64,000 nt of DNA from Verrucomicrobiota bacterium. Lineage in GTDB: Bacteria; Verrucomicrobiota; Verrucomicrobiia; Limisphaerales; J093. The notes under the pieces are model-generated. The model did no database searches. It saw only the letters and a program-made list of their open reading frames with translations, and was not told where the DNA came from. Position 1 is the first letter of the stretch, and every line of letters starts with the position of its first letter. Shown here piece by piece: positions 53,955 to 64,000 of the stretch. A program made the position numbers and the translations under genes. The stretch lies in contig JAXGQW010000014.1 in NCBI GenBank assembly GCA_040766265.1, forward strand, positions 2,494 to 66,493. Reading direction: 5' to 3'.

Positions 53955-56708
53955 GAGGAGGCCCCGCAGGAAACGGCCGGTATGAGAGCGCGGAAGGCGG
54001 GCCAACTGCTCGGGCGTGCCTTCGGCCACCACGCGTCCGCCGCCGTCGCCGCCCTCGGGCCCCAGGTCAATGACCCAGTCGGCTTCGGCGATGAGGTCGA
54101 GGTTGTGCTCGATCACGAGTACGGTATGGCCGGCGTCCACGAGGCGTTGGAGCACCTCGACCAGCCGACGCACATCCGCCATGTGCAATCCGATGGTGGG
54201 TTCTTCGAGGATGAAGAGATTCCGCTTCCCGGTGTGTTGGGGGTGCGGTTCGCGCTCCCTCAATCCGGCGAGCAGGTGGGTCACAAGTTTGACCCGCTGG
54301 GCCTCTCCGCCGCTGAGGGTCGGACTGGTCTGCCCGAGCTTCAGGTAATCGAGTCCGGTGTCGCGGAGGGCGTCGAGGGAGCGGTGGATGCGCGGGTGTG
54401 CGGCGAAGAACTCGAGGGCCTCGGAGACGCTCAGGTCGAGCACCTGGGCGACGTTCTTGCCGTGGAGGGTGATGTCGAGCGTCTCGCGGTTGAACCGCAG
54501 CCCGCCGCAACTCTCGCAACGCACAAATGCCGGCGGCAGGAAGTTCATCTCGATCCTCACCACGCCCGCCCCTTCGCACTCGGGGCAGCGACCCTGGGGG
54601 CTGTTGAACGAAAACCGCCCCGGGCCGTACCCGCGCAACCGCGCCTCGGGCAACTGGGCATAGAGCCGGCGGATGTCGTCGAAGAAACCGACGTACGTCG
54701 CCGGGATCGAGCGGGGGGTGCGTCCGATCGGCGATTGATCCACTTCGTGCACGGCGCGGATGAACTGCTGTCCCCCTGCCAATCGGGCTCCCGATTCGGG
54801 ATTCGAGGCGCGGGATTTGAGGTTGGCTTCGATCGCGGGCAACAGGCATTCGCGCACCAGCGTGCTCTTGCCCGATCCGCTCACCCCGGTGATCAGGACG
54901 AGGCGTCCGAGCGGAATCCGCACGGTGAGGTTGCGCAAGTTGTGCGCCGCCGCCCCTTCAAGCACCAGGAACGCGGGCAGGGAGGCCGCGTCGCCGTCCG
55001 GCGCACCCGCGCCGGCAGGCGCGCGTTTCCGCCCGGGACGGGCCCCGCGGGGCGGTGGCGCGACCAACCGCCGCACACCGCGGGCGGGGAACGTCTTTCG
55101 GGCGCGCAGGCATTGACCGGTAATCGAGTCGCGCTGCCGCATCAACTCATCGAGCGAGCCGCTGGCGATGAGCCGTCCGCCGTTGATCCCGGCGCCGGGC
55201 CCCAGGTCGATGACGAAGTCAGCGGACCGCATCGTGGCCTCGTCATGCTCGACCACGACCAGGGAGTTGCCGCGGGCCTTGAGTTTGGCCAGGGCGGCGA
55301 GCAGGCGCTGGTTATCGCGGGCGTGCAGGCCGATCGTGGGCTCATCGAGGACGTAGAGGACGCCGCTGAGGTTCGAGCCTAACTGGGCTGCGAGGCGAAT
55401 GCGCTGGGCTTCCCCGCCGGAGAGAGTCGTGACGGCGCGGCCCAATTGCAGGTAGCCCAAACCAACCTCGTGGAGAAACCAGAGGCGCGCCCGGATCTCC
55501 GACACGATGTCGCGGGCGATGAGAACGGCGCGGCCGGACACCCGCAAGGCGTCGAAATACGCCCGCACGCTGTCGACCGTTGCCGCGCCGAAGTCGTCGA
55601 TGGTGGGGTTCTGGCGGAGGGAGGCAGTCGGACAATTGGGGGCGTCAAAAGGGAGGCGCACGGCGCGGGCGATGGGGTTGAGGCGATGTCCGCCGCACTC
55701 GGGGCACATCTGGCGCTGGCCTTCCTGCCACCCGAACCACGATTCTTCGATGGCGTCGGCCCGCGCGCCGCGATCCACATCCTCGGGGAGGTAGAACAGC
55801 TCCCCGAAGCCGCGGCAGCGCGGGCACCAGCCGGCGGCGGAGTTGTAGCTGAACAGCTTGGGATCGAGCGGCTGAAACGACCGACCGCAGCCTGTGCAGG
55901 TCCGCTCGATCGAGTGCGGTGTCACACGGCCCGCGCGGTCCAGGGCCAGCAACGTGCCCTGTCCCAGCCGCAGGGTCTCGTCAACCAGCTTCTGCAAAGT
56001 CGCCGCCGCCCCGGCCAGCGTGGCCTGACGCCCGTCACGGCGGACGGTGCCGACGAGGATCTCGACGTGATGCTCGCGGAACCGATCGAGCCGCAGCCCT
56101 TGCGCGCTGGGTCGAAGCTGGCCATCGGCCCGGATCCGCTCGTATCCGTGCCGCGCGGCCCAGTCGGCGACCTCGGAATGAAATCCCTTGCGTCCGCGCA
56201 CCATGGGCGCCAGGAGCGAGAGCGCGCCGCGCCGCCGCGCCTCGGCCCGCAGCGCCTCGCCCACCCGGTCGCGCGTCTGCGGCTCGACCGGCTGACGGCA
56301 GTCCGGACAGTGCTGGACACCGAGGCGGGCGAAAAGGAGGCGGATGAAGTGGTGGATTTCGGTGATGGTGGCGACGGTGCTCTTGCCGCCGCCGCGGGAA
56401 TTGCGCTGTTCGATGCTGACCGTGGGGGGAATCCCGGTGATGAGGTCGACATCGGGGCGGGCCAGTTGCTCGACGAACTGCCGGGCGTAGGCGTTCATGG
56501 AATCGAGGAACCGGCGCTGGCCCTCGGCGAAGAGAAGGTCGAAGGCGAGCGTGCTCTTGCCCGAGCCGCTCACGCCGGTGATTACCACGAACTGGCCGCG
56601 GGGGATGGTGACCGAGAGATTCCTGAGATTGTGCTCGCGCGCGCCGTGGATGGTGATGCCGTCCCGGCCTGCCGCGATCGTTTCAGACACTTGCCGCACG
56701 CCCAACAA
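53946..56708 (-). CDS. uvrA: Excinuclease ABC subunit A
   Basis: 920 aa. Two ABC modules (VITGVSGSGKSTL twice; LSGGEAQR twice) and zinc modules (CPDC, CTGCG..CPRC, CPEC..CESC). The 3' end overlaps recD2 by 9 nt. Confidence 0.9.
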   Translation of the reverse strand: MLGVRQVSETIAAGRDGITIHGAREHNLRNLSVTIPRGQFVVITGVSGSGKSTLAFDLLFAEGQRRFLDSMNAYARQFVEQLARPDVDLITGIPPTVSIEQRNSRGGGKSTVATITEIHHFIRLLFARLGVQHCPDCRQPVEPQTRDRVGEALRAEARRRGALSLLAPMVRGRKGFHSEVADWAARHGYERIRADGQLRPSAQGLRLDRFREHHVEILVGTVRRDGRQATLAGAAATLQKLVDETLRLGQGTLLALDRAGRVTPHSIERTCTGCGRSFQPLDPKLFSYNSAAGWCPRCRGFGELFYLPEDVDRGARADAIEESWFGWQEGQRQMCPECGGHRLNPIARAVRLPFDAPNCPTASLRQNPTIDDFGAATVDSVRAYFDALRVSGRAVLIARDIVSEIRARLWFLHEVGLGYLQLGRAVTTLSGGEAQRIRLAAQLGSNLSGVLYVLDEPTIGLHARDNQRLLAALAKLKARGNSLVVVEHDEATMRSADFVIDLGPGAGINGGRLIASGSLDELMRQRDSITGQCLRARKTFPARGVRRLVAPPPRGARPGRKRAPAGAGAPDGDAASLPAFLVLEGAAAHNLRNLTVRIPLGRLVLITGVSGSGKSTLVRECLLPAIEANLKSRASNPESGARLAGGQQFIRAVHEVDQSPIGRTPRSIPATYVGFFDDIRRLYAQLPEARLRGYGPGRFSFNSPQGRCPECEGAGVVRIEMNFLPPAFVRCESCGGLRFNRETLDITLHGKNVAQVLDLSVSEALEFFAAHPRIHRSLDALRDTGLDYLKLGQTSPTLSGGEAQRVKLVTHLLAGLREREPHPQHTGKRNLFILEEPTIGLHMADVRRLVEVLQRLVDAGHTVLVIEHNLDLIAEADWVIDLGPEGGDGGGRVVAEGTPEQLARLPRSHTGRFLRGLLSN

Positions 56709-56831
56709 TTAGCCTGCCGCGCCCGCGAAATCCAGGATGCGGATTGTTTTGACATTCGGAATCGAGGCCCTACAGAAAAGCGCGTCAGCCGCGTGCGGAC
56801 TGACGATTGGCATTTGCTTCGAGCCGCTCCC

Positions 56832-57608
56832 ATGCATCAAATCGCGTTGACCATCGGTAAGCTGACCATCACCTGGTACGGACTCCTGGTCGTCGCCGGG
56901 TTCGTCGCCGGCCTGTGGACGGCGAGCCGACGCAGCCTGCGCAACGGCATTTCGGGCGAGGTGGTTGCCGACCTGGGCGTCTGGCTCATGATCGGCGCCA
57001 TTGTCGGCTCCCGCCTGTGGCATGTCGTCGTCTACTGGGAGGAGGATTTCGCCGGCAAACCGTGGTGGGAAATGTTCGCCATACGGCATGGCGGATTGGT
57101 GTTTTATGGCGGGCTCGCAGGAGCGTCGCTGGCAACGATCTTCTATGCCCGGCGCCATCAGGTGCCGCTCTGGAAGCTGGCCGACGCCCTCGCGCCCAGC
57201 ATCGCGCTCGGCCATGTGTTCGGACGCATCGGCTGCCTGATGAACGGATGCTGCTTCGGTCTGCCGACCTCTCTGCCCTGGGCCATCCATTTTCCGCCCG
57301 AGCACTTCACCCAGGGCGCCGGGGTCCACCCGACCCAGATCTACGAAGCGGGGGCGAACCTCGCGCTCTATGCGGCGCTGGCCTGGCAGTACCGCCAAAA
57401 GGGATTCGACGGACGGGTCTTCGCGTCGTACCTGATCGCCTACGGCGCGATGCGATTCCTGATCGAGTTTTTTCGCGGCGACTACGAGGTCTGGTATCTG
57501 GGCGGGTGGGCGACTGCTGGCCATCTGGTGAGCCTGGCGGTGATCGGGTGCGGTGTGGGCCTCTACCAGTGGCTGCGAAGCTCCGGTGCCATCGCCGAGC
57601 ACCCATGA
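56832..57608 (+). CDS. lgt: Prolipoprotein diacylglyceryl transferase
   Basis: This is the C-terminal third of ORF 55446..57608; the upstream part of that ORF is antisense to uvrA. Start at ATG 56832. Motifs: ITWYGLLVVAGF, HGGLVFYGG, GRIGCLMNGCCFG, HPTQIYE. Confidence 0.9.
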   Translation: MHQIALTIGKLTITWYGLLVVAGFVAGLWTASRRSLRNGISGEVVADLGVWLMIGAIVGSRLWHVVVYWEEDFAGKPWWEMFAIRHGGLVFYGGLAGASLATIFYARRHQVPLWKLADALAPSIALGHVFGRIGCLMNGCCFGLPTSLPWAIHFPPEHFTQGAGVHPTQIYEAGANLALYAALAWQYRQKGFDGRVFASYLIAYGAMRFLIEFFRGDYEVWYLGGWATAGHLVSLAVIGCGVGLYQWLRSSGAIAEHP

Positions 57609-58597
57609 GCGGCTCGAACGCGAATCCGGGAAGGCTGCCGCGCGTCGAGACGCTGGTCGTCGAGCCCGCGCTGGCGTTGCCGTCGATGCGGCTGGATGTG
57701 TATCTCCACGACCAGTTCCCCTGCGTGTCGCGCAACGCCCTCCAGCGGCTGATTCGCGAAGGGGCCATTCGAGTCAACGAGCGCGTGGTCAAGCCCACGC
57801 ATGCGCCGCGGGCGGGCGACACGATTGTGGTCGAATGGCCGGCGCCCAGGCCGGCGACCGTCGAGGCCCGCGAGTTGCCTCTGGACATCCTCTATGAGGA
57901 CCAGGCCCTGCTGGTGCTCAACAAGGCGGCGGGCATGGTGGTGCATCCCGCCGCGGGCACGGAGAACGACACCCTGGTCAACGCCCTTCTGCACCATTGC
58001 CAGGGCCAGCTCAGCGGCATCGGCGGCGTGGCGCGCCCGGGGATTGTCCACCGGCTGGATCAGGACACCAGCGGCGTCATGGTGGTTGCCAAACACGATG
58101 CCATCCATTTGGCGCTCTCGCGCCAGTTCGCGCATCGGCAGGTCGAGAAGATCTACCACGCCATTGTCTGCGGCGAACTCGCGTCCGCCGCCGGGGAGAT
58201 TGACGCCGCGATTGCCCGGCACCCGACGCACCGGAAGGTGATGGCTGTCCTTGCCGGCGGACGCTCCGCCCGGACGACGTATCGCACGCTCGAACGCCTG
58301 GGGTGGGCGACGTGGGTCGAGGTGCGGCTGCACACGGGGCGGACGCATCAGATCCGGGTGCATTTCAAGCATCTTGGTTTTCCGATTGTGGGCGACGCGG
58401 TCTATGGCAAGCGCCAGAATCTCCGGCTTCAAGAGTTGACCGGCTTCGCCGCGCCCCGCCAGCTTCTGCACGCCCGGCGCCTCGCCTTCACCCATCCGGA
58501 GAGCGGCAAACGCGTCGCATTCGAGGCGCCCTGGCCGGCGGACTTCCGGGGCGCGCTCGAGGCTCTGCGGGGGGCGCGTCAGCCGATGCCCGGTTGA
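57605..58597 (+). CDS. rluD: RluA-family 23S rRNA pseudouridine synthase (RluD-like)
   Basis: The ATG overlaps the lgt stop. Has an S4-like N-terminus. Motifs: LLVLNKAAGMVVHP, HRLDQDTSGVMVVAK, GRTHQIRVH. Confidence 0.9.
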   Translation: MSGSNANPGRLPRVETLVVEPALALPSMRLDVYLHDQFPCVSRNALQRLIREGAIRVNERVVKPTHAPRAGDTIVVEWPAPRPATVEARELPLDILYEDQALLVLNKAAGMVVHPAAGTENDTLVNALLHHCQGQLSGIGGVARPGIVHRLDQDTSGVMVVAKHDAIHLALSRQFAHRQVEKIYHAIVCGELASAAGEIDAAIARHPTHRKVMAVLAGGRSARTTYRTLERLGWATWVEVRLHTGRTHQIRVHFKHLGFPIVGDAVYGKRQNLRLQELTGFAAPRQLLHARRLAFTHPESGKRVAFEAPWPADFRGALEALRGARQPMPG

Positions 58598-58632
58598 CTT
58601 GGCCGAGAGCCTCCGATACGGTCCTGTGACAC

Positions 58633-59631
58633 ATGAAGCGCCGGGTCGTTCTCATCTCACTGATCGTGCTTGGTCTGTTGTCCGTGCCGTCGCGTTGCCC
58701 GGCGCCACTGGTTTACCGGCCGGGTGAAGGGTGGACGTACGAGTCGGTGGGCGGCGGCAAGTGGGTTCGGGCGCGGGCCAAAGACCAGCTTGATGTTGCC
58801 CAGGAGGCATTCGACAACAAGCAGTACGGCGTCGCCAAGAAGGCGGCCCGCCGCACCGTCAAGCGCTGGCCTTTGTCGGATTACGCCCCCCAGGCCCAGT
58901 ATCTGCTGGGCCGCGTGTACGAGGCGCGCAGGCACGACCAGCGGGCGTTCAAGGAGTACCAGAAGCTCATCGAGAAGTACCCGAAAGCGGCCGACTACGA
59001 CGCGGTGCTCCAGCGCCAGTACGAGATCGCCAATCGCTTTCTGGGCGGGCAGTGGTTCAAGCTGTGGGGCTTTATCCCGTTCTTCCGGTCGATGGAGAAG
59101 ACCGCGGACATGTTCACGAAAGTGGTGCAGAGCGGGCCGCACAGCGCGATCGCCCCCGACGCGCAGCTCAAGATCGGCGCTGCGCGCGAGAAGCAGAAGG
59201 AGTACATCCTGGCCGTGAAGGCGTACGAAAAGGCGGCCGACATCTACCACAACCGTCCCAAGATCGCCGCCGAGGCCATCTACCGCGCCGGCATGGCCTA
59301 CAGGAAGGCGGCCCAGACCGCCGAATACGATCAGAGCGCCGCCGCCTCGGCCATTGCGACCTTCACCGATCTCATCACGCTCTATCCCGACGACTCGCGT
59401 GTGGCCGAGGTCCGGGGTTACATCCGCACGCTCAAAACCGAGCAGGCCCGCGGCGCTTTCCAGACCGCCCGCTTTTACGAGAAGAAGCGCCAATGGGATG
59501 GCGCCAAGGTCTATTACAACGAGGCCGTGAGCTTCGATCCGGAATCGACCTACGCGATCGAGGCGAAGCGCCGGCTCGAAACTGTCGCGCGGCACTCCCG
59601 GGCCAAGACCGCGTCGGCACCCACGCCATGA
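58633..59631 (+). CDS. bamD: BamD-like outer-membrane-assembly TPR lipoprotein
   Basis: 332 aa with a signal peptide and TPR-like helices (DVAQEAFDNKQYGVAKKAARRTVKRWPLSDYAPQAQYLLGRVY). Sits next to rluD, as in many Gram-negative bacteria. Confidence 0.65.
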   Translation: MKRRVVLISLIVLGLLSVPSRCPAPLVYRPGEGWTYESVGGGKWVRARAKDQLDVAQEAFDNKQYGVAKKAARRTVKRWPLSDYAPQAQYLLGRVYEARRHDQRAFKEYQKLIEKYPKAADYDAVLQRQYEIANRFLGGQWFKLWGFIPFFRSMEKTADMFTKVVQSGPHSAIAPDAQLKIGAAREKQKEYILAVKAYEKAADIYHNRPKIAAEAIYRAGMAYRKAAQTAEYDQSAAASAIATFTDLITLYPDDSRVAEVRGYIRTLKTEQARGAFQTARFYEKKRQWDGAKVYYNEAVSFDPESTYAIEAKRRLETVARHSRAKTASAPTP

Positions 59632-60191
59632 ACACGCGGCGCTTCCTTGGCCTTGGCTGGTGCGGCGCGGCGATCCTCCTCGCGGGGTGCGCCGGTTACC
59701 GACTGGGCCCCACCAGCGGCAACGATGCCCGATCGAGAAGCGTCCAGGTCAACTTCTTCCGCAACGAAGCGCCCGAACCGCGCCTGAGCGAGGCGGTCGC
59801 GCATGCCTTGCGGAAGCAGCTCCAGCAGGAAGGCACCTACACGCTCGCCACACACAACGACGGCGATATTGTCGTCAACGGCGTCCTGCTTGCCTACGAA
59901 CGCACACCGGTCGCTTACCAGCCCGGCGACGTGACCACCGTGCGCGACTACGAGATCACGCTCCGCGCCCACGTGGTCGCCGAGGAGCGGTCCACCGGAC
60001 GCGTCGTTTTGGATGAAAAGGTCCGGGGCCGGGCCACGGTGCGCATCGGCGCCCGGAACCCGCTGCCTGACGGTCAGATGCCCCCGGTTCTGGCCGGCGA
60101 TCAGGCCAGCGTCGAGCGTCAGACGCTGCCCATTCTCGCCGCCGATCTCGCCCGGAATATCACCGCCCGCCTCGTCGACGGCGCCTGGTAG
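59628..60191 (+). CDS. lptE: LptE-like LPS-assembly lipoprotein
   Basis: The ATG overlaps the bamD stop. Lipobox LLAGCAGYRLG. About 187 aa. Its position after bamD supports the call. Confidence 0.55.
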   Translation: MNTRRFLGLGWCGAAILLAGCAGYRLGPTSGNDARSRSVQVNFFRNEAPEPRLSEAVAHALRKQLQQEGTYTLATHNDGDIVVNGVLLAYERTPVAYQPGDVTTVRDYEITLRAHVVAEERSTGRVVLDEKVRGRATVRIGARNPLPDGQMPPVLAGDQASVERQTLPILAADLARNITARLVDGAW

Positions 60192-60193
60192 CG

Positions 60194-61678
60194 CTAGTAC
60201 TTCGGCAGCACGTTGACTATCCCCTCGTACACCGGCATCGCGTCCGGACCGGCTTGTCGCGACTGGCGATCGAGTTCGCGACGCATCTGCCTGAGCACCT
60301 TCGCCGCAGCGGGATCGTTGATGCGATTCGTCATTTCGTATGGATCGCGGCGCAGGTCGTACAGCTCCGCCGTGAACCGGTCCGGCCCGCCGTCCCCGTG
60401 CGGGTAGCGGATGTATTTCCAGTCGGCCGTGCGCACGGCGCGCACGTTCGGCGTGTACGGGAACTGCTGCTCGTAGTTGTACTCGTAAAGGAACGCCTCA
60501 CGCCACGCGGCGGATCGGCCCTGGGCCAGCGCTTTCCATGACCTGCCCCGAATCCCCCGGAGCGGCTTGGCGCCGCAAAAGTCCAACAGGCTGGGCGCCA
60601 GATCGAGACTGAGCACCATCTCGCTCACCACTGTGCCCGGTTTCACCGCGGGCGGATACCGCACCAGCAGCGGGATGCGCAGGCTCTCCTCGTAGGCCGT
60701 CCGCTTGTCCACACGCCCGTGCTCGCCCAGAACAAAGCCATTGTCGCTGGTGAACACGATCAGCGTGCGATCGAGCTGGCCGGCGGCGCGCAACGCTTCG
60801 TAGACGCGCCCGACACTCTCGTCGACCGAAAGCAGCGTGGCCAGGTAAGCGCGCACAAACCGGTCGTACTGCTTCTGGCCGTAAAGCGGGCCGCCCGCGC
60901 CGTGCCAGGTGGGATAGCTCTCTTCGATCCAGGGGGGCTTGCCCTCGGCGGCGTGGTAGTTGCCCGCGTTGACCGGGGGGTTCACTGGGAAAGCGTCGAG
61001 CGCGTGCTCGAATCGCGGCTCGGGCTGGATCGGCCCGCCGTGGGGCGCTTTCTGTCCGAGGATCAACAGCCAGGGACTGTCGTGCGGCTGGCGGAGCCAC
61101 TCGATGGCATGGTCGGTGACGACCGTCGTGTAATAGCCGGGCACGGTGCGTCGAGTGCCGTTGAAGTTGAACTCGTTGTCGAAGTAGTTCCCCTGGCCCC
61201 GATGGCTCATCCAGTGGTCGAAGCCCGGGCGCTGTTCGTCGTTGTCCTCGCCCATGTGCCACTTGCCGATGTAGGCCGTTTCGTATCCGGCCTCCTTGAG
61301 CCGACGCGGGTAGCTGGGCAGAGCATTGGGATACTCGGTGAAGTTGTTCATCACCTGGTGCGTGCGCGCGTATTGACCGCTCAGAAACGAGGCCCGGCTT
61401 GGCGAGCACAGGGATGTCGTGACGAATACATTGGCAAACCGCGCGCCTTCGGCCGCCAGGCGATCCAGATGCGGCGTCTGAAACCAGGGGAACAAAGCGC
61501 GCTCGCCCTGCTCGCGCTGCACCACCCCCAGCGCATCCCAACGTTGGTCATCGGTGAGGATCACCAGGACGTTGGGGCGGGGCGCGCCGGACGGCGCGGC
61601 CGAGGCGATGGTCAGCGCCAGGGTCAAGGGCAGCAGCGCAATTGTGAGGCGTCCGATCTGCATGACATTCCGGTTCAT
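60194..61678 (-). CDS. Exported formylglycine-dependent sulfatase
   Basis: 494 aa with a signal peptide. Motifs: PNVLVILTDDQRWD, CSPSRASFLSG (FGly motif), GKWHMG. Confidence 0.9.
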   Translation of the reverse strand: MNRNVMQIGRLTIALLPLTLALTIASAAPSGAPRPNVLVILTDDQRWDALGVVQREQGERALFPWFQTPHLDRLAAEGARFANVFVTTSLCSPSRASFLSGQYARTHQVMNNFTEYPNALPSYPRRLKEAGYETAYIGKWHMGEDNDEQRPGFDHWMSHRGQGNYFDNEFNFNGTRRTVPGYYTTVVTDHAIEWLRQPHDSPWLLILGQKAPHGGPIQPEPRFEHALDAFPVNPPVNAGNYHAAEGKPPWIEESYPTWHGAGGPLYGQKQYDRFVRAYLATLLSVDESVGRVYEALRAAGQLDRTLIVFTSDNGFVLGEHGRVDKRTAYEESLRIPLLVRYPPAVKPGTVVSEMVLSLDLAPSLLDFCGAKPLRGIRGRSWKALAQGRSAAWREAFLYEYNYEQQFPYTPNVRAVRTADWKYIRYPHGDGGPDRFTAELYDLRRDPYEMTNRINDPAAAKVLRQMRRELDRQSRQAGPDAMPVYEGIVNVLPKY

Positions 61679-61864
61679 GACGATTCCAGGTTGACCGACA
61701 GCGATAGGGTTAGTGGCCCCTTTTAGTCAGAGTGGCCGGACGGTGCCAAGCCAATTCGAAACCAATTCGATGCCGCATCGTGCGGGGGGCTAACGAGGTG
61801 CCAGGATCGAGCGGGTTTGACGGGAACCTGGTTTGCCGGAGACCTGAAATACGCGCTTCGCCCT

Positions 61865-63883
61865 TCACGGCACGACCTCGAGGACGGCTTCGGTCCATCC
61901 GCGCAGTTCGGCCTCGTCCCACGCAACATCCGCGACGATCACCCGCAGGCCGGGAGCGGCGTGGGGAGTCACCCGGACCGTGATCGGGAGATGGCCTTCC
62001 GAGTGTCGCGGGATGAGAACCGAGCCCGCGTTGGATACGGTGAAGTCGGCCGGGGCGCGCGCGACGGCGCGAAAGGTGCGTTCGCAAGGCGAATGGTTTG
62101 TGATGCGCAATGCCAGTTCGACGGATTGGCCCGGACGCACGACGACCCAATACGGATGCAGCACGGCCCATCTCTCGTCCAGGCCGTAATTCGGGTCGTC
62201 AAAGGGAAGCAATTCGGCCAGCAACGGCATGCGTTGCCTGAGCGTCTCGCGCATTCGTGTCACCTGGGCCGCCGAGAACCGGAACGCGGGCTCGACGTGC
62301 TGATTGAGGATCAGGCAGCCGCCGGGCAGCGTGTCGAGTTGGTCGAGGCAGCGGAGCAGTCCCTGGCCTTCATGAATGAAGTTGCGATTCTGGAGGCAGT
62401 AATCGTCGATCCCGGAGGGCGTGAAGGAATCGCCCACGAAACAGGCCGACCAGTCTGCGTCGCGTCGGACCAGCAAGGCGTTGTGGTGCAGCGTTTGTCC
62501 GGGATGATCGAGAATCGTCAGCTCATACTCCTTCCAACGCCAGGCGTCGCCGTCGCGGTGTTTGCCGGTGACCGGTGTTGGATTCCTGGTCAAACAGGGC
62601 AACCGATAGTCGCCTGGGCGTTCGATCAGATCGATCAGGCTGCCGCATGCGTGCACGCGCGCGCCGAACTCGGCCACCAGCGCCGGCAGCGCATCCGTAT
62701 GGTCGTCGTGATAATGAGTCACGAACACGTGCTCGACGGACTCGAGCGTCCCGGCGGCGCGCATCTTGCGCAACTGCTCGATGATTCCCATGCTCCCGCA
62801 ATCGACCAGGAACCCCGAGCGATCCGCTGACAGGATCAGCCGCGCGTTGGAGATCGGGATGATCGTCCCGGGCAGCGGCACGGTCTCCGCCATCGGCATC
62901 CAGTCAACCTGCGCCTCGGGGCCCAGCACGCGGCGCGCCTTGACGCGGATATGTTCGTCTTTGAAATACCAGCGCAGCGCGTCAATGGACAGATAGTTGG
63001 CGTATACGGCACGAATGCGGTTCTGCAGACGGGCGATCGCCGCAGCCGGATCGCGAATGACCGAGCCACGCAGGGGCACCAGCAAATCCGGCTTCTCGGC
63101 GGCCAGCCGGTCCAGGCTCGCCATGAGATCGCCCAAGCGCCCTGCCCAGCCGTGGTAACCGCCAATCTTGGCCTCCGGGATCGCGTCCTGAAGGCTGAAG
63201 AGGTCCTGCAACTTCCCGTCGTCGCGGATCAGGTCTCCCGTGAAGGCTACGGTTCTGCCGTCGAGTTCGACCAGGAAACTCACCGCGCCGCGCGTGTAGC
63301 CGGGAGTATCGATCACCCGGATGGGAAGGCCCGCCCACGTCAGCGTCTCGCCGCCCTTCACGGTGCGGCTCACCCGAATCGGGTCGATCGGGACCTTCGT
63401 GGTCTGTTGGGTGTAATCGTGGAAGCGTTTCTCCCGCAATTCTGCCCAGAACTTCTCGGGAGTGGACAGCAGTTCGACTTCCTTCTCCGGAGCGACGATG
63501 CTGGCGCCGCGTTCCGCCAGGCTGCGCGCCACCCAAGTCACGTCCCGCCGCGCCTCGCTGAGCAGCACGGTGTCCGACAGCGGTCGCCGGCCCGACGGAT
63601 CGCCGTAGACGGCGATGGACATCCCGCCCCGCTCGATGAAAGCGCCGTTCACCGGACCCGGGACGACGCTGAGTCCTGACGGAAGGGCATCATCGGCACG
63701 AGCAGCCTCGGGCTGTCCGGATTCGTCCGTGTCGATGCCAGCCGTGTTGCGGGCAGGCGTCAGCCGCGCTGTGCTTTCAGGCGTGTCCGACGGTCGGACG
63801 GGCGGCGTCAGGAGCAATCCACAGATCGAGAGCGCGAGCAGCGCAAGCGAGGCAGACCGGGGCGGAGATTCTTGAGCGGGCAT
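61865..63883 (-). CDS. Exported protein with two MBL-fold metallo-hydrolase domains
   Basis: 672 aa with a signal-like N-terminus. Motifs: IDTPGYTRGAVSF..FTGDLI in the first domain and VTHYHDDHTD (HxHxDH) in the second. Confidence 0.75.
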   Translation of the reverse strand: MPAQESPPRSASLALLALSICGLLLTPPVRPSDTPESTARLTPARNTAGIDTDESGQPEAARADDALPSGLSVVPGPVNGAFIERGGMSIAVYGDPSGRRPLSDTVLLSEARRDVTWVARSLAERGASIVAPEKEVELLSTPEKFWAELREKRFHDYTQQTTKVPIDPIRVSRTVKGGETLTWAGLPIRVIDTPGYTRGAVSFLVELDGRTVAFTGDLIRDDGKLQDLFSLQDAIPEAKIGGYHGWAGRLGDLMASLDRLAAEKPDLLVPLRGSVIRDPAAAIARLQNRIRAVYANYLSIDALRWYFKDEHIRVKARRVLGPEAQVDWMPMAETVPLPGTIIPISNARLILSADRSGFLVDCGSMGIIEQLRKMRAAGTLESVEHVFVTHYHDDHTDALPALVAEFGARVHACGSLIDLIERPGDYRLPCLTRNPTPVTGKHRDGDAWRWKEYELTILDHPGQTLHHNALLVRRDADWSACFVGDSFTPSGIDDYCLQNRNFIHEGQGLLRCLDQLDTLPGGCLILNQHVEPAFRFSAAQVTRMRETLRQRMPLLAELLPFDDPNYGLDERWAVLHPYWVVVRPGQSVELALRITNHSPCERTFRAVARAPADFTVSNAGSVLIPRHSEGHLPITVRVTPHAAPGLRVIVADVAWDEAELRGWTEAVLEVVP

Positions 63884-64000
63884 GGGACAATGCTGGCAGG
63901 AACAGCCACGGCCTGCAAGTTCGGCAACTGTTCAAGGAGCTTCCCTGTTCCCGGAATACACGGACTCCCAAGCTCAGTGTGATCACATCCGATGACCTCA

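Noticed and set aside
55446-56831. The first ~460 codons of the 720-aa ORF 55446..57608.
   Set aside because: This part is antisense to uvrA. Only the distal part from ATG 56832 matches Lgt, so the ORF is truncated to lgt.

Overview
High-GC bacterial chromosomal segment that looks like the PVC superphylum, probably Verrucomicrobiota. Supporting features are a prepilin-type H-X9-DG protein, a PEP-CTERM protein, giant exported PA14/Ig and propeller-repeat proteins, and a futalosine-type radical-SAM gene. I call about 45 protein-coding genes, mostly housekeeping: tyrA-aroA-cmk-plsC, asd, ubiE, hypF-hypC, tyrS, phoH-ybeY, tsaD, an S41 protease, ispD, recD2, uvrA and lgt-rluD-bamD-lptE. I found no rRNA, tRNA or CRISPR array. 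Many long ORFs in the track are antisense shadows caused by GC content. Intergenic DNA is filled with modular hairpin repeats: REP/BIME-like modules R1-R4 and a structured repeat of about 300 nt present in three copies. A lone Y1 HUH (RAYT-like) transposase gene is also present. Three genes look decayed: rpe (frameshifts), a GH29 fucosidase (clean internal deletion), and every recombinase and transposase ORF in two IS copies. The most unusual region is 43.5-51.4 kb. Two decayed copies of a tyrosine-recombinase plus IS91-type unit bracket 2.4 kb of lower-GC DNA holding four small exported or membrane ORFs. Each of those ORFs is directly preceded by an imperfect palindrome whose end boxes match the unit's own terminal hairpin. 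The whole 7.7 kb splits a REP hairpin that survives intact at 13.1 kb. I read this as a candidate gene-capture or cassette-like arrangement, but that is a hypothesis and needs computational and read-level checks. Coordinates of repeats and hairpins were counted by hand and may be off by a few nt.
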